Assembly: GCA_035688915.1 (NCBI GenBank)
Contig: DASSMK010000245.1
Span: 1 to 61,928 of the forward strand
Length of the DNA: 61,928 nt
Source: Thermoanaerobaculia bacterium
GTDB lineage: Bacteria; Acidobacteriota; Thermoanaerobaculia; Gp7-AA8
Reading direction: 5' to 3'
Below the pieces are notes generated by a model. That model saw nothing but the letters and a program-made list of their open reading frames with translations. It searched no databases and was not told the DNA's origin. The position numbers and the translations under genes are program-made. Each line of letters begins with the position of its first letter. Within the stretch, counting starts at the first letter, position 1. Of this stretch, positions 1 through 8,565 are shown piece by piece.

Positions 1-56
1 TGTAAGTGTTCATATTCCTCGAGCAGGACTTTCCACAACGGCAGGCACTTGCTCAT
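1..56 (-). CDS. 5' end of an unidentified ORF leaving the window (MSKCLPLWKVLLEEYEHL...)
   Basis: ATG at 56-54 on the minus strand. AAGGAG at 72-67, ten nt upstream. Frame stays open to the window edge. Only 18 codons are visible. Confidence 0.3.
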   Translation of the reverse strand, partial: MSKCLPLWKVLLEEYEHL

Positions 57-74
57 GGGACGACCGCTCCTTAT

Positions 75-116
75 CAAGAAAGCGATTGGGGCCGGCCGAA
101 GGGAACGCGGCCGGCC
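75..116 (-). terminator. GC-rich hairpin, either a terminator or an attenuator, just upstream of the leftward ORF's RBS
   Basis: Perfect 9-bp inverted repeat GGCCGGCCG (90-98) / CGGCCGGCC (108-116) with a 9-nt loop. On the minus strand it is followed by CCAAUCGCUUUCUU. The U-tract is interrupted, so the call is weak. Confidence 0.3.
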
Positions 117-463
117 TTCGCAACATCAAGGGACCTTTACATGGGAGGGACAAACGAGGTGGATTCCCTACCTTAGACGCTGTCCACCGCGAGCGACCGG
201 CGGGATCGCGAGTCGATTTCCGGATGAAGCCTTCGGCCTCTGCAGGGCCGCCACGCGCGCCGTCGCGCGCCGTTTGCGCTGCTCTCCGGTCGCTTTTCAG
301 CCCGTGAAACAACGTCTCGTTCGCGTGAACATCGGGATTTTCTTATTGGGCGGGTTTCGCGGCCTCTCAACTGCCTCGTTTTGCGGAACCTTGTGCGGGT
401 TGTTTTCGCGCTTCTCGCTGCAGAACGAAAAGCCGCCAAGTGGCCACTGGTGAGAGCGTTAGA

Positions 464-514
464 TGGGCGGGCCGACGGCGCTCGAACCCGCGACGTCCGG
501 CGTGACAGCGCCGG
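464..514 (-). pseudogene. tRNA-Asp(GUC)-like 3' fragment (anticodon arm to CCA) lacking a 5' half; possible att-site remnant
   Basis: Minus-strand RNA reads CCGGC(G)CUGUCACGCCGG-ACGUC-GCGGGUUCGAGCGCCGU-CGGCCCG-C-CCA. It is colinear with canonical tRNA-Asp, and the GUCGCGGGUUCGAG block is identical to E. coli tRNA-Asp as I recall it. There is one extra nt in the anticodon stem and a G-G mismatch in the T-stem. No matching 5' acceptor strand or D-arm lies upstream. Confidence 0.45.
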
Positions 515-537
515 AGGCCTAGTGCACCTCGCGAACA

Positions 538-2226
538 TCACTGTCCGGAATGTCGCGGCAAACGATCACGTGGCGGAGGCGTGGCGAGCACCTTCAACTG
601 GTTCCCTTCGAGAAGGCAATGCCGGCCGGGCAGTGCGCGCGCCGCGGCGGAATCGTGCGGCGAACGGTCGTACGAGCCGTAGGTCACCCACGCGATGTCG
701 GGGCCGCCGAGGAAGGTGGAGCGGTAAGACACCCAGTAGTCGGCGTAGACCACGCGGCATTGCGCCGCGCGAGCGGCGCGGATGTCAGCGCGCGGATCGG
801 GCTGACGGACGATGGAATTGCGAAGCGGGAGGGTGGCGGACGCGAGCGATAGCGAGCCGACGAGCGCTGCGCATGCGGCCGCGATAGCGAGCAGCAGGCG
901 TCGCGAATCACACAACAACAACGCACCGAGCACCGCGAGCGCATAAAGCGGCGCGGTGGCGGTGATCAGGTAGTACGTCTTCGAATTCGTGATCACGTAG
1001 AACGCGACGTTGATCAGCGGTACGAGCGCGAGGAAGAGCACTGCATCTTCACGCGACCGACGCAGCACGGCGATCACGACGAGCACCACCAGCGCGATCG
1101 CGAAGAGCACGCCCGCGAACGAAGGCGCGATGCCGAGCCATGGTTTAACGGTATGAGTCACGAGCTCGCGCACGTGCGCCACGACGTAATCCGGCGGTTC
1201 TGGCGCAAAGTAAAACGAAAAATTCGGCTCGTACCAGTGCAGCCACCGCCCCAGCCACACCGGCGCGCGTCCGATCGCGAATCCCGCGCCGAGCGGCGCG
1301 AGCACGCGCAGCAAGCGCCAATCGAACATCCCGCGCCAGCGGCGCCATTCGCCTTGCGTCAGCGGCAGCACGATGTGCGGCACGAAGATCAGCAGCAGCG
1401 GATCGAGCATCGGTCCGAAGATCGCCAGCGCCAGCGGCTGTCCTCGCAGTGCGGTGATCACGTAAACCACGAGCATTACCGCGCCCGTGGCATGTATCAC
1501 GAAGACGAACGCCTCGGCGTAACCGTTCAGCGGACGCCAACCCAATCGCTCGCTGCGCAGCAGCAGCCTGTCGCGCAACGCCAGCTGTTCGCGCACACCG
1601 GCGAACGCGGGCGATCGAAAAAACAGCGCGCACGCGAAAGCGAGCAGCGTGAAGACGACCTGCTGATTCATCCACCAGGCGAAGCCGATCAACACGCCGA
1701 ATGCAAACTGCCCACGCCAGCGCAAGAGCCAACTGCGCGCGGACGTAAAGTGCTGCACCGCCACGGCCGCAATCGCCGCGGCGAAGAGAAACGCCATCTC
1801 GCCGCCGATCGGCGTCACCGACATCGAGAACAGATCGGGCGGCCCAACAGCCAGCATCAGCAGCACGACTGCCGCCGCTCGCCCGTCGATCCGCCGGATC
1901 GCCCACCAGTAGAGCAGCGCGCCGAGTGCCACTTCACTCATCGCCGCCAGACGCAAGGCGAGGGGCCCGCACGAGCCGACGACAAAAGCGAAGAGCGCGG
2001 CCACCATCGAGGTGAAGGAGCCGAGGTAATTCTGGCCCCAGAAGAAGACATCGAAGCCGCGGCCTTCGAACATCTTCCGGCCCATCAGGCCGATGATGGC
2101 CGAGTCGGAATTGACGCCGCGGAGCAGGCCGTCCGGCGTCAAGAGCGGTGCGCGCACGATGAAGAACAGTGCCGCGGCCGCCACGATGGCTCCTGCGTCC
2201 AAGGCCATCCGTCGCGGCGCATTCAT
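538..2226 (-). CDS. Polytopic membrane protein, putative GT-C fold (ArnT/PMT_2-like) glycosyltransferase
   Basis: 562-aa ORF with many hydrophobic helices. The N-terminal segment (SAIIGLMGRKMFEGRGFDVFFWGQNYLGS) resembles lipid-carrier-dependent glycosyltransferases. The family call is tentative. Confidence 0.65.
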   Translation of the reverse strand: MNAPRRMALDAGAIVAAAALFFIVRAPLLTPDGLLRGVNSDSAIIGLMGRKMFEGRGFDVFFWGQNYLGSFTSMVAALFAFVVGSCGPLALRLAAMSEVALGALLYWWAIRRIDGRAAAVVLLMLAVGPPDLFSMSVTPIGGEMAFLFAAAIAAVAVQHFTSARSWLLRWRGQFAFGVLIGFAWWMNQQVVFTLLAFACALFFRSPAFAGVREQLALRDRLLLRSERLGWRPLNGYAEAFVFVIHATGAVMLVVYVITALRGQPLALAIFGPMLDPLLLIFVPHIVLPLTQGEWRRWRGMFDWRLLRVLAPLGAGFAIGRAPVWLGRWLHWYEPNFSFYFAPEPPDYVVAHVRELVTHTVKPWLGIAPSFAGVLFAIALVVLVVIAVLRRSREDAVLFLALVPLINVAFYVITNSKTYYLITATAPLYALAVLGALLLCDSRRLLLAIAAACAALVGSLSLASATLPLRNSIVRQPDPRADIRAARAAQCRVVYADYWVSYRSTFLGGPDIAWVTYGSYDRSPHDSAAARALPGRHCLLEGNQLKVLATPPPRDRLPRHSGQ

Positions 2227-2349
2227 GAGCAGCGGCGGAGTATACGGCGGCGGGCGGGATTGATTTTGCCCCCTCCCGCTGTTAACCTGACGCGCTTTAG
2301 TAGCCAGACGTGTATCAGTCCCCGGTTAACTGTCTAAGGAGATTGGATT

Positions 2350-2619
2350 TTGTCGACGACGAAGGAACAGAAGACGGAGCTCATCAACCAGTATCGCGTC
2401 CATGACAGCGATACCGGATCGCCAGAAGTGCAGATCGCACTCCTCTCGAACCGTATTACCTACCTGACCGAGCATTTCAAGTCGCACGCGAAGGATCACC
2501 ACTCGCGCCGCGGACTTTTGAAGCTCGTTGGTCGCCGCCGCCGGCTGCTGGATTACCTCAAGCAGACCGATCTGGAGCGTTATCGCGCGATCATCGACAA
2601 GCTCGGCATCCGCAAGTAA
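2350..2619 (+). CDS. rpsO: 30S ribosomal protein S15
   Basis: 89-aa ORF with a TTG start and AAGGAG 8 nt upstream. Sequence ...[53 protein letters not shown]... is typical S15. Conserved rpsO-pnp synteny. Confidence 0.97.
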   Translation: MSTTKEQKTELINQYRVHDSDTGSPEVQIALLSNRITYLTEHFKSHAKDHHSRRGLLKLVGRRRRLLDYLKQTDLERYRAIIDKLGIRK

Positions 2620-2634
2620 ACGGCAACGAGAAAT

Positions 2635-2670
2635 GCAGGGCCGGCGCAATCCGCCGGCCCTGCCTGTTTT
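2635..2670 (+). terminator. Rho-independent terminator/attenuator after rpsO
   Basis: 12-bp perfect stem GCAGGGCCGGCG (2635-2646) / CGCCGGCCCTGC (2652-2663), a 5-nt loop, then CTGTTTT. Confidence 0.8.
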
Positions 2671-2784
2671 CAGGCAACGTCCCTGCAAAACTTCCCCTCC
2701 GGCCGGATCCCATCATTCGGCCACCCCAGCGGCTAAATCAAACGCCCGTGGTGATGAGTGGCCACGGAGCATCGAAGGAAATCA

Positions 2785-5259
2785 ATGTTCAAAAGAGAAA
2801 TGGAGATCGGCGGCAAAGCCCTGTCGCTCGAGACGGGTGCGATCGCCAAACAGGCGCACGGCTCGTGCGTCGTCCGCTACGGCGACACGGTGGTGCTCGC
2901 CACCGCCTGCTACAAAGACGGCAACGTGATCGGCGACTTCATGCCGCTCACCGTCGACTACAAGGAGTACACCTACGCGGGCGGGCGCATCCCGGGCGGC
3001 TTCTTCAAACGTGAAGGACGCCCCACCGAGAAGGAAATTCTCACCTCGCGCCTCATCGACCGGCCGCTGCGCCCGTCGTTTCAGAAAGGCTACCGCCAGG
3101 AGACGCAGATCATCGCGCTCGTCCTCTCCGCTGACGGCGAGAACGATCCTGACGTCATGGCCATCAACGCCGCTTCCACGGCGCTGGTGATCTCCGAGAT
3201 TCCGTTCCACAACCCGATCGGCGCGGTGCGCGTCGGCTACGTGGATGGCCAGATCATCATCAATCCCACCAACTCGCAGCGCGATCTCTCCGACCTCGAT
3301 CTGATCGTGGCCGGCACCGACAACGCCATCGTGATGGTCGAAGCGGGCGCGCGCGAAGTGTCCGAAGCCGTCATCCTTGACGCGTTCGACGCGGCGCACG
3401 CCGAGATCCGCCGCATTTGCGATCTGCAGAAGCAGCTGCGCGGCGACGTCGGCAAGGACAAGCTGACCGTCGAGTTCAAGCCGAAGTTCACCGATGAGCT
3501 GCTGAACGAGCTGCTGGGCCAGTACGGCGCGCAGCTGAAGCAGGCCATGCTCACCACCGGCAAGCACCAGCGCTACGCCGCCATCAAAGCGGTGAAGCAG
3601 CAGATCGTGGAGAGCGTTCCGGCCGAAGACGCCGAGCGCCTGACCGCCGTCTCGGCCGCATTCGGCGAGATGGAAGTGCAGATCTTCCGCAACCTGATGC
3701 TGAACGACAACACGCGCGTCGACGGCCGCCGCTTCGATGAGATCCGCCCCATCTCCATCGACCTCGGCGTCCTCCCGCGTACGCACGGCTCCGCAATCTT
3801 CACGCGCGGCGAAACGCAGGCTCTCGTCACCATGACCCTCGGCACGCCGCAGGAAGCGCAGAAGATCGAAGACTTCGAAGGCGAGACCTTCCAGCGCTTC
3901 ATGCTGCACTACAACTTCCCGCCGTTCTCGGTCGGTGAAGTGAAGTTCCTGCGCGGTCCCGCGCGCCGCGAGATCGGCCACGGCAACCTCGCGCGCCGCG
4001 CGCTCGCGCCGCTGCTGCCGCCGGAAGACGAATTCGCGTACACCGTGCGCATCGTCTCCGACATCCTCGAGTCGAACGGCTCGTCGTCGATGGCTTCGGT
4101 CTGCGGCGGCTCGCTGGCCATGATGCAGGGCGGCGTGCCGATGCGCGCTGCCGTTGCCGGCGTGGCCATGGGCCTCGTTTCGAGCGAAGACAACAACAAG
4201 CACGTGGTGCTCACCGACATCGCCGGCATGGAAGACCATGAAGGCGACATGGACTTCAAGGTCGCGGGCTCCCGCGCCGGCATCACCGCGCTGCAGATGG
4301 ACATCAAGGTGTCGGGTCTGTCGCGCGAAGTGATGGCTCGCGCGCTCGAGCAGGCGCGCGCCGGACGCCTCTACATCCTCGACAAGATGGATGCGGCGAT
4401 CTCGACGCCCGCGGAGAAGCTCTCCGAGTACGCGCCGCGCCTCTACACGATTCAGATTCCGAAGGACCGCATCCGCGACGTCATCGGCTCGGGCGGCAAG
4501 ACCATCCGCTGGATCGTCGAAGAGACCGGCACGAAGATCGACGTCGAGGACGACGGCAAGGTGACGATCGCCGCGACGGACGCGAAAGCAGCCGAGCGCG
4601 CCATCGACATCATCAAGGGCCTGACCGCTTCGCCGGAAGTGAACACGAACTACAAAGGCACGGTGAAGCGCATCGAGCCGTACGGAGCGTTCGTCGAGAT
4701 CCTGCCGGGTCAGGACGGGCTGCTGCACATCAGCGAGATGGCGCACACGCGCGTCGGCCAGGTGACGGACATCCTCCAGCTCGGCGACGAAGTGGAAGTG
4801 CAGGTGGTCGGCATCGAGCCCGATACCGGCAAGATCCGTCTCTCGCGCAAACCGCTGCTGCCTCCTCCGACCGAGGAAGAGCTGGCGGCGGCGCGCAGTA
4901 GCCGTCCGCCGCGTGAAGGCGGCGATCGCGAGCATCGCGGAGACCGCGGTGATCGCGGTGGCGATCGCGGTGGACGCGGTGGCTTCGGCGGACGTGGCGG
5001 CAGTGGTGGTGGTGGTGATCGTGGTCCGCGCCGCGACGACCGTGGCCCGCGCAACGATCGCGGTCCGCGTCACGAAGGTGGCGACCGTGGTCCGCGCCGG
5101 GAAGGCGGAGACCGTCCGCCGCGCCGCGAAGGCGGCAACTTCGGTGGTGGCGAGAACAGCGGCGGTGGCAACACCGGCGGCGGAAACAGCGGCGGCGGCA
5201 ATGCCGGCGGCGGTTCGACCGGCAACGAAAGCGGCGGCGGCGGTTCCGATCAACAATAA
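2785..5259 (+). CDS. pnp: Polynucleotide phosphorylase with a 135-aa Arg/Gly-rich C-terminal extension
   Basis: Two RNase PH-like domains, KH and S1 regions are recognisable (MFKREMEIGGKALSLETGAIAKQAHGS..., ...GETQALVTMTLG..., ...SNGSSSMASVCGGSLAMM..., ...YKGTVKRIEPYGAFVEILPGQDGLLHISE...). The ORF opens at GTG 2758, but ATG 2785 matches the usual PNPase N-terminus. Confidence 0.95.
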   Translation: MFKREMEIGGKALSLETGAIAKQAHGSCVVRYGDTVVLATACYKDGNVIGDFMPLTVDYKEYTYAGGRIPGGFFKREGRPTEKEILTSRLIDRPLRPSFQKGYRQETQIIALVLSADGENDPDVMAINAASTALVISEIPFHNPIGAVRVGYVDGQIIINPTNSQRDLSDLDLIVAGTDNAIVMVEAGAREVSEAVILDAFDAAHAEIRRICDLQKQLRGDVGKDKLTVEFKPKFTDELLNELLGQYGAQLKQAMLTTGKHQRYAAIKAVKQQIVESVPAEDAERLTAVSAAFGEMEVQIFRNLMLNDNTRVDGRRFDEIRPISIDLGVLPRTHGSAIFTRGETQALVTMTLGTPQEAQKIEDFEGETFQRFMLHYNFPPFSVGEVKFLRGPARREIGHGNLARRALAPLLPPEDEFAYTVRIVSDILESNGSSSMASVCGGSLAMMQGGVPMRAAVAGVAMGLVSSEDNNKHVVLTDIAGMEDHEGDMDFKVAGSRAGITALQMDIKVSGLSREVMARALEQARAGRLYILDKMDAAISTPAEKLSEYAPRLYTIQIPKDRIRDVIGSGGKTIRWIVEETGTKIDVEDDGKVTIAATDAKAAERAIDIIKGLTASPEVNTNYKGTVKRIEPYGAFVEILPGQDGLLHISEMAHTRVGQVTDILQLGDEVEVQVVGIEPDTGKIRLSRKPLLPPPTEEELAAARSSRPPREGGDREHRGDRGDRGGDRGGRGGFGGRGGSGGGGDRGPRRDDRGPRNDRGPRHEGGDRGPRREGGDRPPRREGGNFGGGENSGGGNTGGGNSGGGNAGGGSTGNESGGGGSDQQ

Positions 5260-5270
5260 CGAGCGTTTCT

Positions 5271-5318
5271 GAATCGTGACGCGGCGCCGGCGCGGGCCGC
5301 GTCACGATTCGTTTCGTG
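5271..5318 (+). terminator. Rho-independent terminator after pnp
   Basis: Perfect 15-bp inverted repeat GAATCGTGACGCGGC (5271-5285) / GCCGCGTCACGATTC (5296-5310), followed by GTTTCGTG. Confidence 0.7.
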
Positions 5319-6143
5319 CCTCTCGACATTCATCTCAAGCCGGTCGAGACCCTCCTCTTTCGCAGCGACGTCGTCGCCATCGGCAAGTTCCGCTGCAGCG
5401 CGACGCATCCGCTCTATCGCGATTCCGGTCCCTGCAGCCATCACACGTTCGTCTTCCCGCGCACGCTGACGGAGATTCGTCACGCGGACGGCGCGACGTT
5501 CACCGGCTCGCCGAACGGCGTCGCCTTCTATAACCAGCACCAGCGCTACACGCGGCGGCAGGTGAGCGAGATCGACGCGTCGGACTGGTACACCATTGCC
5601 GACGACGTGCTGTTCGATCTGATGGCGCGCTACGACAGCCGCTCCGCGCGCGAGCGGCCGTTCCGCATCGCGGAGACGACCATCGATACGAGCACGTTCG
5701 TTCTGCAGCGCGCGCTGTTCGATTCATTGCGCGAACCGCACGACGCGGGCCGCATCGAAGAGTCGGTGCTGGCCATCGTCGATCGCGTTTTGCAGCGCGC
5801 CTATCGCGTCACGCCATCGATCGCGCCGTCGCATCGACGCGCGGCGCAGCACGCGCAGACGCTGCTCGCGCGTGATCCAATCGCGAATACGCCGTTGCGC
5901 ACGATCGCCGCGGAAGCGGGCGTGTCACTCGTGCAGCTCTGCCGCGCTTTTGGCGCGCAGACCGGCAGCACGATGACGCATTACCGCCACTCGCTCCGAC
6001 TTCGTCTCGCGCTCGACCGCCTCCACACCACTGATCTCTCCACCCTCGCGCAGGATCTTGGCTACGCCAGTCACAGCCACTTCACCGCCGTCTTCCGCCG
6101 CCACTTCCACGCGACGCCGTCGGCCTTTCGCGCAAAATCGTGA
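5316..6143 (+). CDS. AraC family transcriptional regulator
   Basis: C-terminal double HTH: LRTIAAEAGVSLVQLCRAFGAQTGSTMTHYRHSLRLRLALDRL...LAQDLGYASHSHFTAVFRRHFHATPSAFR. Confidence 0.85.
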   Translation: MPLDIHLKPVETLLFRSDVVAIGKFRCSATHPLYRDSGPCSHHTFVFPRTLTEIRHADGATFTGSPNGVAFYNQHQRYTRRQVSEIDASDWYTIADDVLFDLMARYDSRSARERPFRIAETTIDTSTFVLQRALFDSLREPHDAGRIEESVLAIVDRVLQRAYRVTPSIAPSHRRAAQHAQTLLARDPIANTPLRTIAAEAGVSLVQLCRAFGAQTGSTMTHYRHSLRLRLALDRLHTTDLSTLAQDLGYASHSHFTAVFRRHFHATPSAFRAKS

Positions 6144-6170
6144 TAGCGCGTTTCGCCGTGACGCTCCACG

Positions 6171-6947
6171 TTGGACGTCATGCGAGCTCTCGTTCTTCTT
6201 CTCGTTCTCTTCGACGCCACGGCGTGGTTTCGTGAAGGTGTGGCCAAACACGACGCCGGCGATTACAACGCCGCCATCGCCGCGTTCGCGAAAGCGCGTG
6301 AGGAAAAGTACGCGAACGTGCCGCAGCTCGATTACCGCACGGCGCGCACGCTCGCGCGGAAGGGCGACAATGCCGGTGCTCTCGATGCGCTGCAGCGCGC
6401 CGTGAACAACGGCTTTGGGCCGCTCGAGACGATCCTCGCCGAAAACGATTTCCTCTCCATCCGCAGCGAGGCGCGGTGGCCGGAGATCGTGGCCGCCGCA
6501 CGGAAAAGTGCGCATCCGTGCGCGAGCTCAGCGGAATCGCGGCAGTTCGATTTCTGGCTCGGCGAGTGGGATGTGGAGAACGCGCAGAAGCAGAAGATCG
6601 CGCGCAGCTCCATCCAGTTGATCCTCGATGAATGCGTGATCTTCGAGAATTTCGAAGCGTCCGGCGGCTACAGCGGCAAGAGCCTGAGCGCGTGGGACGC
6701 GGGCGAGCATGAGTGGGAGCAGCACTACACCGACACCACCGGCGCGTCGCGATACTGGACCGGCGCGCTGATCGACGGACGGATGGTGATGACCACGTCG
6801 TTCGCGCGCGGCGGCGCGAAGGTCACGCAGCGGATGACCTATTCGAAGGAAGGCGCCGATCGCGTGCGGCAGTTCATCGAGACGTCCACCGACGACGGCA
6901 AGACGTGGACGCCGGGCTTCGACGGCATGTACATCCGCCGTCACTGA
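6171..6947 (+). CDS. Secreted hypothetical protein (TPR-like N-terminal part, DUF1579-like C-terminal part)
   Basis: 258-aa ORF with an N-terminal hydrophobic signal (MRALVLLLVLFDATAW) and ordinary amino-acid composition. The C-terminal FDFWLGEWDVE... segment is reminiscent of DUF1579. Function unknown. Confidence 0.6.
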   Translation: MDVMRALVLLLVLFDATAWFREGVAKHDAGDYNAAIAAFAKAREEKYANVPQLDYRTARTLARKGDNAGALDALQRAVNNGFGPLETILAENDFLSIRSEARWPEIVAAARKSAHPCASSAESRQFDFWLGEWDVENAQKQKIARSSIQLILDECVIFENFEASGGYSGKSLSAWDAGEHEWEQHYTDTTGASRYWTGALIDGRMVMTTSFARGGAKVTQRMTYSKEGADRVRQFIETSTDDGKTWTPGFDGMYIRRH

Positions 6948-8000
6948 TCACGACACGCGCTCCCACCGTCCGTCGTTCGCGTTCGATCGTCGCGCGGCAT
7001 CGAGCACGCGTTGCTGCGCGAGGCCATCTTCGAACGTCGCGGCTGGAGCGAGTGCCGTGCGGTCGCCATTGTCGAGCGCCGTGCGCAGGGCGTGGCCGAG
7101 GTGGAGGGTGCCGGAGCCGAAGGCACCGCCGGGGGAGTTGCCGGGGCGCGGGGCCAGGTCATCGCCGAAGCGGCGCGTGAACGGCTCGCCGCGTTTTGCG
7201 AAGAGCACTTCTTCGCTGATGAAGCGCATCGCCGCATCTTCGCCGTGGATGGTCAGCGTGGCTGGTTCGTCGGGACCGGAAGCGACGACGCTGAACGACA
7301 TCGTGGCCACGGCTCCGCCGCGCAGGCGGAGATTCACGAAGGCCACGTCGTCACTTGTCACTGCTCGCGTTCCGTTCTCAAACGGACGCTCGGCGATGGC
7401 GGTGTGCAGCGTAGCCTGCACCGCGTCGATTTCTAGGCCGAGGTAACGGAGCGCGTCGACGAAATGGGAGCCGACGGCGCCCCAGATGCCGCCGCCGCGT
7501 TCCGCGTCGCTCCACCAGTTCCATGCGCGCGACCGATCGCCGCGACCGGGACTGGCGTAGCGCACTTCGGCGTAGCGAATCGCGCCGAGCTCCTGCATCG
7601 CCTCGCGGGCGACGCGCCAGGCGGGGAGGAAGCGCAGCTCGTGATCGATGATCGCGATCTGCTGCGCGTGTTCGCGCGCCGCCGCGACGAGCTGTTCGGC
7701 TTCGCGTGCGTCGAGAGCGGTCGGCTTCTCGCTCAGTACGTGCTTGCCGGCGGCGAGCGCTGCGGTCGCCATCTCGCGATGTTCGGACGGCGGCGTGACG
7801 ATGGAGACGAGATCGACGTCGCTCGCGACCAGCTCGCGCCAATCGGCGTACGCGCGCAGGCCGCCGAGCTCCTCCGCCAGCTTGCGCGTTTTCTCGTGCT
7901 GGAAGCCGGCCAGGGCGACCACTTCCAGCCCTGCTTCGCGGAAAGCCGGCACCTGCACGCGTGCGCCCCAGCCGGTCCCGACAATGCCGATTTTTGCCAT
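6948..8000 (-). CDS. Gfo/Idh/MocA family NAD(P)-dependent oxidoreductase
   Basis: N-terminal Rossmann motif MAKIGIVGTGWGARVQVPAF..., then EKPTAL.. and a C-terminal alpha/beta domain typical of the family. Confidence 0.85.
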   Translation of the reverse strand: MAKIGIVGTGWGARVQVPAFREAGLEVVALAGFQHEKTRKLAEELGGLRAYADWRELVASDVDLVSIVTPPSEHREMATAALAAGKHVLSEKPTALDAREAEQLVAAAREHAQQIAIIDHELRFLPAWRVAREAMQELGAIRYAEVRYASPGRGDRSRAWNWWSDAERGGGIWGAVGSHFVDALRYLGLEIDAVQATLHTAIAERPFENGTRAVTSDDVAFVNLRLRGGAVATMSFSVVASGPDEPATLTIHGEDAAMRFISEEVLFAKRGEPFTRRFGDDLAPRPGNSPGGAFGSGTLHLGHALRTALDNGDRTALAPAATFEDGLAQQRVLDAARRSNANDGRWERVS

Positions 8001-8044
8001 TTCTCCTCCATGTTGGCAGACCCTTTGAACTAATCACGTTCAAA

Positions 8045-8530
8045 ATGGTCCGTCGCCGCCCCGATCTTATCGTTCCGATTCGCGATCGCCGCCAGCACCG
8101 GCGGCTGCTCACGTTCCGGAACATCCGCAACGCGGTGCTGGTGATCGTGGCCATTTTCGCGGTGATCACGATCCGTTCCGAGATGCGCGACACGACCAGC
8201 GGCGAGTTCGGACGCCTCTATGGCGACGAAGTCGGCAAGCCTGCGGAAGTGAAGCGAGTGGAGGTGGTCGCGGAAGCGCCGCCTGCGCCCGTGCCCGATC
8301 AAATCGCCGCCGATCCGATGCTCACCGCGCCTGCCGCGCGCGAGCAGTGGTTACACGATCAGCCGCAGACGACCGCCGCCGTCATGACGCCCCTCGCGCC
8401 CGTTGCGCCCGTGACGCAGGCCCCAGTGCAAGGCGATTCGCGCGTAGCGATCGTGGGCGGCCCCGAAGGCGTGAGCGTTGTACAAGAGTCGCGTCATGCC
8501 CCGCTGCTACGCGGCGGCTTCGGCCACTGA
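8045..8530 (+). CDS. Hypothetical membrane-anchored protein
   Basis: ATG at 8045 avoids overlap with the divergent oxidoreductase. One TM helix (AVLVIVAIFAVITI) is followed by a Pro/Ala-rich region. No recognisable family. Confidence 0.5.
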   Translation: MVRRRPDLIVPIRDRRQHRRLLTFRNIRNAVLVIVAIFAVITIRSEMRDTTSGEFGRLYGDEVGKPAEVKRVEVVAEAPPAPVPDQIAADPMLTAPAAREQWLHDQPQTTAAVMTPLAPVAPVTQAPVQGDSRVAIVGGPEGVSVVQESRHAPLLRGGFGH

Positions 8531-8565
8531 CGCGCGACGCCAGTGGCCTCCCGTCGTTCCGCGCC

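Noticed and set aside
1-540. tmRNA, RNase P RNA or a known riboswitch in the gene-free left end
   Set aside because: The T-arm-like GGUUCGAGC...CCA prompted a tmRNA check, but no GGGG... 5' partner strand and no tag ORF were found. GGAAAGUCC at about 30 resembles RNase P CR-I, but none of the other conserved regions is present. The partial resemblances to cobalamin, SAM-I, TPP and glycine cores are out of order. Only the tRNA-Asp fragment call survived.
2758-2784. GTG 2758 as the pnp start
   Set aside because: It adds MATEHRRKS, which has no counterpart in PNPases. ATG 2785 gives the usual MF..E..IGG..L.LETG N-terminus. The longer form cannot be excluded without an alignment.
2782-5256. 824-aa ORF antisense to pnp
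   Set aside because: It mirrors the pnp frame exactly and has Ala/Arg/Val/Gly-rich low-complexity composition with no motifs. Such ORFs are typical of GC-rich DNA, where the antisense strand lacks stop codons. pnp itself is unambiguous.
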